Below are positions 27,314 to 37,209 of a stretch of DNA of 64,000 nucleotides, in pieces. The notes beneath the pieces were generated by a model. The model saw nothing but the letters and a program-made list of their open reading frames with translations, did no database searches and was not told where the DNA came from. The DNA is from Mariniblastus sp. (lineage in GTDB: Bacteria > Planctomycetota > Planctomycetia > Pirellulales > Pirellulaceae), in the NCBI GenBank assembly GCA_022447605.1, contig JAKVBG010000016.1, positions 28,376 to 92,375 of the forward strand. Reading direction: 5' to 3'. Numbering within the stretch: position 1 is the stretch's first letter; the number at the start of each line of letters is the position of its first letter. The position numbers and the translations under genes were made by a program.

Positions 27314-30300
27314 TCAACGAAAATCCCTGGATTGAATGTTGTGGTCCTGCAGCCTGCTGGAAAGATCTTCGATCCGGTTAACGACCACATGAATGACCCC
27401 CTTCTTCTTTTCCAGTTTTCCGTGGGCGATCCAGGCTGGGCTTCGTCTGGCAACCTGATAATACCGCTCCCAGATTGTCTGCCTGACGACGAGGTTGGCC
27501 GTCCCGGTCTCGTCCTCAATTGTGACAAAAGTAATTCCCTTGGCCGTCGACGGTCGCTGCCGCAGGATGACCATGCCCGCGACTCTCAAGTGGCGATTGT
27601 GGGTTCGGCTGTTCAAGTCGCCGGCGGTGGTGATCTTCAGTTGGTCCAGTAGTTCGCGATGAAAAGAAAGCGGATGGGCTTTCAATGAAAGACCCACGGT
27701 GCGGTAGTCTTCGGCGACCTGTTGTTCCGGTGTCAGCCGGGGGAGTGAAGCGATGGCGTCATCGGTCGCGTCCAGAGTGTCGAACAAGGGCTGGCAGACC
27801 GGCTTTGATTCCTGCGCCAGCGCCTGCCACAATGCCGCTCGGCGGTCCTGGTTGAGCGATTCGAAAGCGTCGGCTGCGCTCAATTTTGAAATGACGGATT
27901 GGCCCAACTGCGTTCGCCGGGCAAGGTCCGCGATACTGGTAAACGGTCCATTGCGACGCGCGTACAACAAGGTTTCCGAGCAGGCTGTAGACAACCCTGA
28001 AATCATCCGCAGGCCCAGTCGCAGGGAAAAATTCTGGACCGAGATCGGGTGCTCTGCGGTTGGTGTCGACGCTGCCCGGTGGGCGCGACCCTGCGGTATC
28101 GGTTCCAGTGTGCAATCCCATTGACTGTCGTTGACATCGACCGGCAGCACCTGGACGCCGTGCCGCCGGGCATCGGCCACTAGCTGAGCCGGGGCATAAA
28201 ATCCCATCGGCTGGCTGTTCAGGATGGCTGCCGTAAACGCTGCCGGGTAGTGCCGTTTGAGCCAGGCCGAGACGTAGACCAGCAGGGCAAAACTGGCAGC
28301 GTGAGATTCCGGGAATCCGTATTCACCAAACCCGCGGACCTGTCGGAATACCTGCTCGGCAAATTCATCGCTCAAGCCGTTATGGCGCATGCCGAGCATC
28401 ATTTTTTGACGGAATTTTTCAATCACTCCCGTCTTCCGCCAGGCTCCCATGGCGCGGCGGAGTTGGTCCGCTTCTCCCGGTGTGAAACCGGCGGCCACCA
28501 CGGCCAGTTTCATCGCCTGTTCCTGGAAGATGGGGACTCCCAGGGTTCGTTCCAACACGGAACGGATCGCCTCGTTGGGATAGACAGCCTGTTCCTCGCC
28601 GTTACGGCGGCGCAAATACGGATGCACCATGTTTCCCTGGATAGGGCCCGGCCGTACGATCGCGACTTCGATGACCAGGTCGTACCAGCAACGGGGTCGC
28701 AAGCGGGGTAGCATGCTCATCTGGCCCCGGCTTTCAATTTGAAACACGCCGACGGTGTCCGCTTCGCAAATCATATCGTAGACCAACGGGTCTTCGCGGG
28801 GCACGGTTGCCAGGGAGACAGATTGATCCCAGTGTTCGTCCAGCAGTTGAAAACATTTGCGGATAGCGGTCAGCATTCCCAGGCAGAGGCAATCGACTTT
28901 CAACAGGCCAAGTTCCTCCAGGTCTTGCTTGTCCCACTGGATGACGGTCCGGCCGTCCATGGAGGCATTTTCAATCGGGACTAACTCGTCCAATTGGCCA
29001 TGGGTGATGACCATGCCACCCACGTGCTGTGACAGGTGGCGCGGAAAGCCGATGATTTCGTTGACCAGGTGGTCCAGCTGCCGGCCTTGCTGTGAGTCGG
29101 GATCCATGCCCACCTGCTTCATCCGCTCCGGCAACCGGTCGTCGCGGGAATAGCCGTCGACCTGTTTGGCCAGGGCATCCACACGATCCAGGGAGAGCCC
29201 CAACGCCTTGCCGACGTCGCGGATAGCACTGCGGACCCGGTACGTGATCACGGTCGCTGCCAGACCGGCCCGGTCGCGCCCGTATTTTTCGTACAGGTAC
29301 TGCAATACCTCTTCGCGTCTTTCATGTTCAAAATCGACATCGATATCGGGAGGTTCGTCCCGTTCCTTGCTGACGAAACGTTCGAACAGGAGATCGCTGG
29401 TGCTGGGGTCGACCGAAGTGACTCCCAGGCAGTAACAGACGGCCGAGTTGGCCGCAGAACCGCGTCCCTGGCAGAGAATTCCCCGCTGGCGGGCAAACCG
29501 GACCAGGTCCCAGACCGTCAGGAAGTACGCTTCGTACTTCAGTTCCTCGATCAATCGCAGTTCGTGGCGGATCTGTGTTTGCACGCTTTCCGGGATGCCT
29601 TCCGGGTATCGTTGGTGGGCCCCGGTCAGGGTCAATTGTTTCAGGTATTCGATCGGTTTTTGCCCGTTCGGAGCAAGCTCTTCGGGATACTCATATCGCA
29701 ATTGACTGAGACAGAAAGTACAGCGTTCAGCGACCTCCAGATTGCGGGAGAGGGCGTCGGGAATGGCCGAAAAGGCGTGTTTCCGCTGGGTGATGGTTTG
29801 CAAGTGGCGTTGGGCGTTGGGCAACAGGCGGGCCCCGGCCAGATCGACCGAGGTCTGGTGCTTGATCGCGGTCAGGACGTCGTGCAGTGGCAGCCGGGTC
29901 GGGGCGTGATACAGGACGTTGCCGGCGGCCACCAGCGGCATCCCGGCCTGTCGGGAAAGTTGCTGCAGCTGCTCAATCCGCCAGGCATCATCGACTCCCT
30001 GGAACAACTCAGCCAGCAAATAGGCCCGGTCGCCGAACAGTTCCCGGTAGCGTTGTTCCTGGCCGACCAGGTTCGGTCGACCGGAGAACCAGTCATGGCT
30101 GGGGTGCGTGGGATCGATATGGTCGATCGGGGAGCGATCCCCGGCGATCTCCGGCACCACTCCGGCCAGCAGTTCCGAACTGTGGCTGGCAATGTCCTCG
30201 AAGGCCAACCAGCATTCCCCCTTGGGAGCCCGCCTCCGTCCGACTGTGATCAAACGGGAGAGCTGCGCGTAGGCCGTGCGATTGGGAGCCCACAATACGA

Positions 30301-30520
30301 CTGTGGGCGCATCCCTGGAAATGATCTCGGCGCCGACAATCACCTGGATCGGCTGTTCCCGGGCGGCCGCATAGGCTCGGACGATGCCGGCCAGGCTGTT
30401 TTCATCGGTAACCGCCAACGCGGAATAGCCATGCTTGACAGCCTGATCGACCAGTTCATCGGCGTGCGAGCCGCCGGTCAGGAATGAGTAATTGGTTTTG
30501 CAGTGAAGCTCTGCATACAT
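27314..30520 (-). CDS. dnaE2: Error-prone DNA polymerase III alpha
   Basis: MYAELHCKTNYSFL PHP domain, GRGSAANS, PDIDVDF, HLSQHVGG, GVFQIESR, YGFPESHA, OB fold; ends SRDFR, the DnaE2-typical tail. Confidence 0.98.
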   Translation of the reverse strand: MYAELHCKTNYSFLTGGSHADELVDQAVKHGYSALAVTDENSLAGIVRAYAAAREQPIQVIVGAEIISRDAPTVVLWAPNRTAYAQLSRLITVGRRRAPKGECWLAFEDIASHSSELLAGVVPEIAGDRSPIDHIDPTHPSHDWFSGRPNLVGQEQRYRELFGDRAYLLAELFQGVDDAWRIEQLQQLSRQAGMPLVAAGNVLYHAPTRLPLHDVLTAIKHQTSVDLAGARLLPNAQRHLQTITQRKHAFSAIPDALSRNLEVAERCTFCLSQLRYEYPEELAPNGQKPIEYLKQLTLTGAHQRYPEGIPESVQTQIRHELRLIEELKYEAYFLTVWDLVRFARQRGILCQGRGSAANSAVCYCLGVTSVDPSTSDLLFERFVSKERDEPPDIDVDFEHERREEVLQYLYEKYGRDRAGLAATVITYRVRSAIRDVGKALGLSLDRVDALAKQVDGYSRDDRLPERMKQVGMDPDSQQGRQLDHLVNEIIGFPRHLSQHVGGMVITHGQLDELVPIENASMDGRTVIQWDKQDLEELGLLKVDCLCLGMLTAIRKCFQLLDEHWDQSVSLATVPREDPLVYDMICEADTVGVFQIESRGQMSMLPRLRPRCWYDLVIEVAIVRPGPIQGNMVHPYLRRRNGEEQAVYPNEAIRSVLERTLGVPIFQEQAMKLAVVAAGFTPGEADQLRRAMGAWRKTGVIEKFRQKMMLGMRHNGLSDEFAEQVFRQVRGFGEYGFPESHAASFALLVYVSAWLKRHYPAAFTAAILNSQPMGFYAPAQLVADARRHGVQVLPVDVNDSQWDCTLEPIPQGRAHRAASTPTAEHPISVQNFSLRLGLRMISGLSTACSETLLYARRNGPFTSIADLARRTQLGQSVISKLSAADAFESLNQDRRAALWQALAQESKPVCQPLFDTLDATDDAIASLPRLTPEQQVAEDYRTVGLSLKAHPLSFHRELLDQLKITTAGDLNSRTHNRHLRVAGMVILRQRPSTAKGITFVTIEDETGTANLVVRQTIWERYYQVARRSPAWIAHGKLEKKKGVIHVVVNRIEDLSSRLQDHNIQSRDFR

Positions 30521-30543
30521 CGAAGTGGATCCGTCTGGAGGGT

Positions 30544-32379
30544 TCAAAAAGCACCGTGCAGGAACCAGTCCCCGTTGTTCAGATCCCGGTAGATCCAAAA
30601 CTGCTGGTGAGAGCTGGTTTCGACTCGCCAATAGTCGCGCCGTGCCAGGCGGCCGCGCCACCAACCGGTTTCAATCCGTTCAGGACCCCAGGAGTGAACG
30701 ATCTGGTACTCGCCGTGGGAGGATGATGGAACCGGTTCGGGCCGGGTGGCCTCGTCGTTTTGCTGACCTGGTATTGAGGGTGTGCCGAACCCCGGGGCAC
30801 TTCCGGCCTGCACTCGGTCCGGTGGTGAAACCAGGGAGTCGGATGCGTTGGATCGATTGGCGGTCGCGGTCAAACCGGGTGTTAACGGGATGGGTGGTTC
30901 ATAAAGCTGCAAGGGACGGGCCATGACATGCGACAGGTGGCCCGGTTTCCCGGTAGACCGGGGGCGCTTGCCAGTATGAATCAGTGGCTGGAACCGGAAT
31001 GCGTGTTCGGGCTGGGCCTGGCGGCGAAGGGTCGGATAGACCACCTGTTCGGTTCCCAGGCGGCTGGCCAGTCGGTTGATCAACTGGGCCAGTTCCTGGC
31101 GATTCTCCCGGGGCCTTTCATCAAACAGCTGTCTCTGTTGATGAGTTAACAGGACGCAGGAAGTGACTTCGACGGAAACCTCGTTGATTTCCATGGTTTG
31201 GCCATCCGGCAATTTCACGATCTGCCGGCGACGTCGGGGTTTTTTGTGACGGGAGTGCAGGTCGTTTTCCTCTTTCCGAGTGGGCCGCACCTGCCAGGCC
31301 TGTTGCAATTGCATCTGAACCAGTTGCATGATCTGCTCGACAGCTGAAGTCGGTTGAAATAGACGGACGCGAAACTGCAGTGGCAGCCGCTTGTTCTGAC
31401 AGTACATTTTCACGGTCCATTCCAGTGCGCCTTGTTGTCTGCCTGATAACTCGTGGCAGAGTTGACCGATCAGTTGTTGCAGGATGGTTTCGACCGTTTC
31501 CCGATCCGAGGTGGGGAAGTCAAGTAATTGTTTCGCGTCAAAGGTGGCCGGTTTACGGCGGGCGACAATCGGTTCTTCCAGGATGCCCGTCATCTGATCC
31601 AGGCGGCGATGAATTTCATCCCCAAAACGGGCAGCCAGGTCGCGGCGCGGCAGCTGCAGGAGTTGCTCGATATTTAAAATGCCGAGTTGGTGCAACGTTT
31701 CGGTGACCGGTTCGCTCAGCCGCAAGGCCTGGACTGGTAGTCCGGGCATGATGTGCGAATCATGAACCGGGATCACGAGCGGACCGGTTGGGTCCCGCAC
31801 CAGGAACCGGGCTGCTCCCCAGGCCAGCCCCGGTGTATCGGCAATGGCAATGCGGGCTACATAACCCCGGACTTGGCAGTGCTGTAACACCTGCCGGGCC
31901 AGTTGGTTCTCGCCCCCGAACAGGTGTTGCAATCCGGTCACATCGAGCAACAGGCAGTCGGGCGGGTCGACTTGCTGCACGCCAACGATCGGGCTGAATC
32001 GTTCCAGTGAATCGGCCAGATTTTCCAGCCCGGCCCGGTCTTTGCGGGGGTCGTGCAGCAAGATATTCAATTTGACTGGGGGGCGATGGGACGTTGTGGG
32101 CTGTGGGGTATCGCGTCGATTGGCATTTCGATTGGCATTTCGTTGCAGTAGCGATTTTGCTTCCGACAGTGGCATGCGGCAGCGCGCTCCATGTTGGCTG
32201 GCCAATGGAGAAACGGCTGAAACCAGCTGTCCTCGACGCGGGTCCCGGCGAAACAGGATGACTTGTTGGCGTTTAAGCTCGGGCTGAGCGGCGACCAATC
32301 GCTGGATGGGCCAACTGGGTAGCCAGAGACAGAGCGCGCGCTTGGCCTCGGTTCTGGTGGTCATGTTCATTTCGTGCAC
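30544..32379 (-). CDS. imuB: ImuB (catalytically inactive Y-family polymerase scaffold)
   Basis: RALCLWLPSWPIQR, LLLDVTG, IAIADTPGLAW, C-terminal GPERIETGWW...RDYW. Confidence 0.95.
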   Translation of the reverse strand: MHEMNMTTRTEAKRALCLWLPSWPIQRLVAAQPELKRQQVILFRRDPRRGQLVSAVSPLASQHGARCRMPLSEAKSLLQRNANRNANRRDTPQPTTSHRPPVKLNILLHDPRKDRAGLENLADSLERFSPIVGVQQVDPPDCLLLDVTGLQHLFGGENQLARQVLQHCQVRGYVARIAIADTPGLAWGAARFLVRDPTGPLVIPVHDSHIMPGLPVQALRLSEPVTETLHQLGILNIEQLLQLPRRDLAARFGDEIHRRLDQMTGILEEPIVARRKPATFDAKQLLDFPTSDRETVETILQQLIGQLCHELSGRQQGALEWTVKMYCQNKRLPLQFRVRLFQPTSAVEQIMQLVQMQLQQAWQVRPTRKEENDLHSRHKKPRRRRQIVKLPDGQTMEINEVSVEVTSCVLLTHQQRQLFDERPRENRQELAQLINRLASRLGTEQVVYPTLRRQAQPEHAFRFQPLIHTGKRPRSTGKPGHLSHVMARPLQLYEPPIPLTPGLTATANRSNASDSLVSPPDRVQAGSAPGFGTPSIPGQQNDEATRPEPVPSSSHGEYQIVHSWGPERIETGWWRGRLARRDYWRVETSSHQQFWIYRDLNNGDWFLHGAF

Positions 32380-33127
32380 GCTGCACGCTCCCTGTGACGG
32401 TGTTGATATTCAACGAGACGGTTTTTCCCGATCTTCCAGTGCGGCAGCGGAGCAGTTTCAGAGAGACCCGCCGCCATGGCAGGTCATGCGGGCCAGGTCT
32501 GGTCCGGATTTTCCATTGGGTTTCTGCCCAACTCGGTTGCCGGCGCGTCCACGCGGGCCGGACGAATAAACCGAGGCAACCACTCGACTCTGCCGATAGT
32601 TGAAAACGGCGAAACCAGCGTTCATGGATACCTGAAAAACAACCCCAGACCGCCGCGACCGCGGTGGAACGGAGCGCCTGGTCGACGGCCCAGAACAGAT
32701 CATCGCATTGAAAACCGGAGCCCCCCGAATGATGGGGCACCATGGTTCGTTCTGGACGCAGAACGACAAGGTCGGCAAGCTCGATCCCGAGCAAGGCGGC
32801 CGCCGGTGGATAGAAACGACGACACGGGTCGGCAATGACCAGAGCGCCTCCCCCTGACAATGCCCGTGAGGCGACCAGTAGAGAGAGGAATTCTCCCGAA
32901 TTTCCGGGTTGATCGACAAACCACTCGGTCAATGTTCCACGGGGGATTCCGCCCGAGGGAAGCGATTGATCGATGTCAGGGGAACCAGAGGAAACCGGTG
33001 TGCCATCGTGATTTCGAAGGGACGCCTCGGTCTTGTTGATTTTTTTGCGCAGTTGACCAATCAGCTTTCGGTGATTGTCCGAGTCGGTCTCTTGTTTCTC
33101 TTGTTTTGTTGTGACGTTGATAAGCAT
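32273..33127 (-). CDS. imuA: ImuA (RecA/SulA-like)
   Basis: LPSGGIPRGTLTEW, WAVDQALRS, RRFQLSAES, degenerate Walker A; likely ATG at 33127 (ORF opens at TTG 33196). Confidence 0.9.
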   Translation of the reverse strand: MLINVTTKQEKQETDSDNHRKLIGQLRKKINKTEASLRNHDGTPVSSGSPDIDQSLPSGGIPRGTLTEWFVDQPGNSGEFLSLLVASRALSGGGALVIADPCRRFYPPAAALLGIELADLVVLRPERTMVPHHSGGSGFQCDDLFWAVDQALRSTAVAAVWGCFSGIHERWFRRFQLSAESSGCLGLFVRPAWTRRQPSWAETQWKIRTRPGPHDLPWRRVSLKLLRCRTGRSGKTVSLNINTVTGSVQRARNEHDHQNRGQARALSLATQLAHPAIGRRSARA

Positions 33128-33229
33128 CCCAGCTCTCTCCGGTGTTTCCAGTTCTGCGGCAACATTACAAAAGGTTGGGCAGACACCTTTGGTCAATATC
33201 GACTGCCAAGTTGCGAAAATCTGGAATAG

Positions 33230-33243
33230 TGTACAAAAGTACA
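33230..33243. promoter_or_regulatory. Candidate LexA (SOS) operator
   Basis: Perfect palindrome TGTAC-AAAA-GTACA directly downstream of the imuA -10 element. Confidence 0.7.
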
Positions 33244-33270
33244 GTTATAACGCGCAGGGGTGATATGCAA
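33244..33270 (-). promoter_or_regulatory. Candidate sigma70 promoter of imuABC
   Basis: Minus strand TTGCAT-N15-TATAAC; spacer is short. Confidence 0.45.
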
Positions 33271-33393
33271 GCAGAAACGGCTGTCAGAACCGTTTTTCGC
33301 GAAAAGCGGGGCCTCAGACCAGGCAGAGGAGAAACAAGAGCGTTGAAAACGTGTTGATGGACCCGTTTTCAACCATTCTCTGGGACAGTCGAA

Positions 33394-34005
33394 TCAGGCA
33401 TCCCACTGCGAGAAATTCCGGATGATCTGCAGGCCGACGGCCTGGCTTTTCTCCGGGTGGAACTGGGTAGCAAACAGGTTGTCGCGCGCTGCCGCCGCGC
33501 AAAAATCATGTTCGTGACAAGCTGTCAGTGCGATGATGTCCGGATCGGCGGGTTGGACATAATAGGAGTGAACAAAGTAGACATGCGAATTGGGGGTAAC
33601 TCCCTTGAGCAGTGGTGAATCGTGGCAGATGTCGATTCGATTCCAGCCCATGTGGGGGACCTTGTAAGCTGGAGAGAGCTCAAATCGACGAACTTCGCCA
33701 GGCAGGATGCCCAACCCGGCCGTCGGTTCTCGCTCGTAACTGGTGTCGAACAGCATCTGCAAACCGAGGCAGATGCCCAGGAACGGTTTGCCCGAGCGGA
33801 TCAGCTCGCGCAATGGACCCGCCAACTCCTGGCGGTGGATTTCTGCCATCGCATCCGGAAATGCGCCGACGCCCGGCAAGACGATCCGGTGTGCGTTTTT
33901 CAGGTCCGCAATACGGTTGGTCAGGATCGCGTCCGCGCCCACATGCTCAAATGCTTTTTGAACACTGCGGAGGTTGCCCATCTGGTAATCGACAATCGCA
34001 ATCAT
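33394..34005 (-). CDS. hisH: Imidazole glycerol phosphate synthase, glutaminase subunit
   Basis: MIAIVDYQMGNL, LPGVGAF, GICLGLQ, PHMGWN, YFVHSY, QFHPEKS. Confidence 0.98.
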   Translation of the reverse strand: MIAIVDYQMGNLRSVQKAFEHVGADAILTNRIADLKNAHRIVLPGVGAFPDAMAEIHRQELAGPLRELIRSGKPFLGICLGLQMLFDTSYEREPTAGLGILPGEVRRFELSPAYKVPHMGWNRIDICHDSPLLKGVTPNSHVYFVHSYYVQPADPDIIALTACHEHDFCAAAARDNLFATQFHPEKSQAVGLQIIRNFSQWDA

Positions 34006-34142
34006 GGTTTCCCAAGGTTCCAATGGAAAAGGAGCAGATGTCCAAGGCCTTTAGACATACCATCAATTAGTCCTTTTGCGAAGACAGGGCAGGGCAGGGG
34101 CGAGGCGTAGTTGGCGCGCATTGCAGATCGACCCGGTGCCGA

Positions 34143-35102
34143 TCAATTCCCGTCGATGGTATCGGGATAAATGACGATTTCGATGCGACGATTGAGACTG
34201 ATCCCCTCGGTGGCACCCTGGGGATGACGAAGCTGATTGCTTCCCATGCCCATGGTGAACATCTGGTTGGCAGGTAGTCCCTGCCGCTGCAATTCATCGA
34301 AGACGGCCAGCGACTGGGTGGCCGTCAACTGATGATGAGTGGTCGTCGGTGGATTCAAAGGCGTTCCGTCCCAGTGCGCTTCGATACCGATAATCTGTCG
34401 TGGGAAGTGTTGTCGGACGATCGCCACCAGGTTGTTCAGCGTCGTGATCTGAGTCGGTTGGACCTGGTACGAACCTGGGGAAAACAGGCGGTCGGATGGA
34501 ATTTCCACCCGGATTACTTCGCCGTCCATGCGTGTATCGGCGCCGGCAATCTGGATATCGGCGACCTTTTTTAACAGGCTGTTGTTGGCTGGTAGGCTTG
34601 CGGAACCGACCAACCGGGTCGGTGCCTGGCCGGGAGAACTGGCCAACTGGGCCGACTGCTGTATTTGTGACAGTTTCTGTTCGGCTTCCATTTTCCGGGA
34701 GGCCAGCTGTTTAAACTGATTGATGTTGTCGGCCAGTTGTTGCTTGAGTTGTTGGTTGTAATCGTTGGCCACCTGCAACTTCTGTTGCAACGCGGCAATT
34801 TCGGTTTGCAACTGCTGATTGTCCGAGTCCATGCTCCCCAGTCGCTGGTTCAGCGAGTTGATCTGATTGGCGAGTTCGGAGAATTTCTGGTATTGCTCTG
34901 GCGAATCGGTTTGAATCGGGTTGTCGGATTGGGACGAACCAAACAGTCCAAAAGGAAACGTCGACGTATTGGCGGCCGTTTGAGTATTGCCGTACGCCGC
35001 GCCAAAGGGTGGCTGTTTGGAAACTTGGGGCCCCGCGACCTGGCGACAGCCAGTCGACAGGATGGCAAGGATGATCAGAATGGGAAAAAAACGATTCATC
35101 AT
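34143..35102 (-). CDS. Lipoprotein with long coiled coil and divergent OmpA/MotB-like C-terminal domain
   Basis: LSTGC lipobox-like signal; Q/L heptad region; VEIPSDRLF, EAHWD, GMGSNQ, NRRIEIVI. Confidence 0.8.
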   Translation of the reverse strand: MMNRFFPILIILAILSTGCRQVAGPQVSKQPPFGAAYGNTQTAANTSTFPFGLFGSSQSDNPIQTDSPEQYQKFSELANQINSLNQRLGSMDSDNQQLQTEIAALQQKLQVANDYNQQLKQQLADNINQFKQLASRKMEAEQKLSQIQQSAQLASSPGQAPTRLVGSASLPANNSLLKKVADIQIAGADTRMDGEVIRVEIPSDRLFSPGSYQVQPTQITTLNNLVAIVRQHFPRQIIGIEAHWDGTPLNPPTTTHHQLTATQSLAVFDELQRQGLPANQMFTMGMGSNQLRHPQGATEGISLNRRIEIVIYPDTIDGN

Positions 35103-35345
35103 AGTACGTTTAACAGTCGTCCCCGGGACGGATTACGAGAGGGAAATTACCAAGGCGGTCCGGCCCAGTAAATATCAACCGTGGTTTCGTGGTTTTGCCG
35201 CGCCGATTCGGGCGGTTTTGCTAGCTGAAATTCCTGCTGTCACGTCGGGAAAAGGGTGACAGGCTCCTGCGCGGTCGAGACGTGATGCTTGAAGGTCCGG
35301 TCACAGGCTGACCACGGGGACGATGGCCGGCTGGCCTGTCGCACC

Positions 35346-35843
35346 TTATTCGCTGGCTGCGAGATTATCCGTGTAGGCGGGGTATTGGCCGTAAAACCGT
35401 TTGATGTAGTGGTGGCCCGACCGCTCCGGACAGTGTGGCACCCAACCGAGTCGCCGCATCAGGCGATCGGAAATACGTCGATTGAAGACTTCGGTTACGA
35501 TGGCATCGGATCGCTTGATCCTGGCCACACAATCGAGCGTTTTGGTAGCTTGGTGGAGTGTCCGACAGGAACTGCCCTGTGACGAGAAGATGTACTTGAG
35601 TGCAAGAAAATTACGGTGCCTGATCGGTTGGTTGAAGTAGAGCAGGCAGCGGTCGCGTGTGAGGTGGCGATGCTTCCAACGCCCGATTGAATTCACCTCC
35701 AGGGCCGTAATGATTCTTGGCCACGGTCGAAAATGAATGGCAAAAAACTGACCATCGCGAATTTCGATCAGACCGTAGCGGCGCCTCTGAACCAGTGCGA
35801 GGTGATCCTCGAATCGACGAATCGACTCAAACATTCTCCCCAT
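35346..35843 (-). CDS. Hypothetical protein
   Basis: 165-aa ORF abutting the prepilin peptidase gene; no recognisable motif. Confidence 0.7.
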   Translation of the reverse strand: MGRMFESIRRFEDHLALVQRRRYGLIEIRDGQFFAIHFRPWPRIITALEVNSIGRWKHRHLTRDRCLLYFNQPIRHRNFLALKYIFSSQGSSCRTLHQATKTLDCVARIKRSDAIVTEVFNRRISDRLMRRLGWVPHCPERSGHHYIKRFYGQYPAYTDNLAASE

Positions 35844-37138
35844 CAGTCTTCTTTCACTGGTGAGCTGGCTTTTTCTTTACCGAGCCGAATGACAAACAGC
35901 ATTCCGGCAAACAGGACCAATGCCACGACCAGGACGGTGAAGAGGAAAACGGGGCCCACGGCAAAAATGGAAGTCGCTGCCCAGCCCCAGATCAGGGGCC
36001 AGAACAACAGGATGCCGAGTGCACTGAGGCAAAGGTAGGGACCGAATGCCAACTCGTTGTCCCGTGTGAGGATGAAATTGGCAGCCGTTACGATCAAACC
36101 TGCAAACGGCGCGAAAGCAAACACCAGCAAAGATGCTTGCCACCCCAGGAACGCACCAATCATTGCCATCAAGGTCACGTCACCAAATCCCATTGCTTCC
36201 TGGCCCAGTGCATGGCTGCCAATGATCCGGATCAACCAGACAAGCATTCCCGCGAACCCCATACCGACCAAGGCGCCGAACAGGCTGTCGATATTACCCG
36301 GTAACCAGTGCCAGGCGATGGGCATGAGGACAATCCCGGTCAACCATATCACGGTGATGGTGATGGCCTGTTGGCGCAGGTAACGGTGCACTTTGAGTGG
36401 CTTTCGTTTCCAGAACCGGACCATGCTGGCTGCCGTCAACATCCATGATCGCAGATGCCACTGCCGCGGGATCAGCTTGGGGTACAGGGCAAAGGCCCAT
36501 ATGGAGAAGATCAGCAGGCCGACCAGACATCCGGTGGATGACGCTTGCCATGTCGAAACCGGATCGGGCGACATGAACGTCAGGCTTTCCAGGCTTGCTC
36601 CCTGGCTGGCCATGACCGGCAGTCGGAAGGTGGGGAACAGACTGGCAATGGCCAGGCCGATGATGGCACCCGGAATGGTAATCCAGTCCGGGATCAATCG
36701 CTGGTCCAGGTCGATCAGGGTGGCGATGCACATCAGGACGATCAGGATGCTGTGTCCCCAGAACCAGATTTCTCCCCAGGCAGGCTCGGGTACCACGGTG
36801 AATCCGACCAGGCCTCCCTGCATTTCCCAGAGGTAGAAACAGGGTAAGCCGATCACCCAGGCCAGTTCGACCAGGAAGGGGCGTATCCAGAAAGTACGTC
36901 CATGAATCTCCGAGTCCCGCCGAATCCATAACCAGCCGAACACGGGGAGGTAGTCGGCCAGTTGGCGGGGGGTTGTTCCGGGGGCCGGCCTGGACCATGG
37001 ACTGTAGGCCCATTTTTGATAGCCCCACTGCAAAGTGGCCCAGTTGATGAACGTGCCGAGCAACCCGCCGATCAGGGCGAGTACGAGGATCTGCAGCAGC
37101 GGGTTCGTAAGGCTGTTGATCACGTCGGGATCGATCAT
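35843..37138 (-). CDS. Prepilin peptidase (family A24), extended and lacking the Zn cysteines
   Basis: GTFIN, FLVEL, catalytic LIDLDQRLIPD and MGFGDVTL, ELAFGPYL. Confidence 0.88.
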   Translation of the reverse strand: MIDPDVINSLTNPLLQILVLALIGGLLGTFINWATLQWGYQKWAYSPWSRPAPGTTPRQLADYLPVFGWLWIRRDSEIHGRTFWIRPFLVELAWVIGLPCFYLWEMQGGLVGFTVVPEPAWGEIWFWGHSILIVLMCIATLIDLDQRLIPDWITIPGAIIGLAIASLFPTFRLPVMASQGASLESLTFMSPDPVSTWQASSTGCLVGLLIFSIWAFALYPKLIPRQWHLRSWMLTAASMVRFWKRKPLKVHRYLRQQAITITVIWLTGIVLMPIAWHWLPGNIDSLFGALVGMGFAGMLVWLIRIIGSHALGQEAMGFGDVTLMAMIGAFLGWQASLLVFAFAPFAGLIVTAANFILTRDNELAFGPYLCLSALGILLFWPLIWGWAATSIFAVGPVFLFTVLVVALVLFAGMLFVIRLGKEKASSPVKED

Positions 37139-37209
37139 TCAAAGGTTAGGTGGTGACTTTGGCAACGCCAGATTTGATTCAGGCTTGGCACTTGGGCAAT
37201 AGTATCGAT

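Noticed and set aside
32117-32142. 12-bp tandem duplication in imuB (NANR-NANR)
   Set aside because: In-frame, two copies, in a variable linker; no functional implication.
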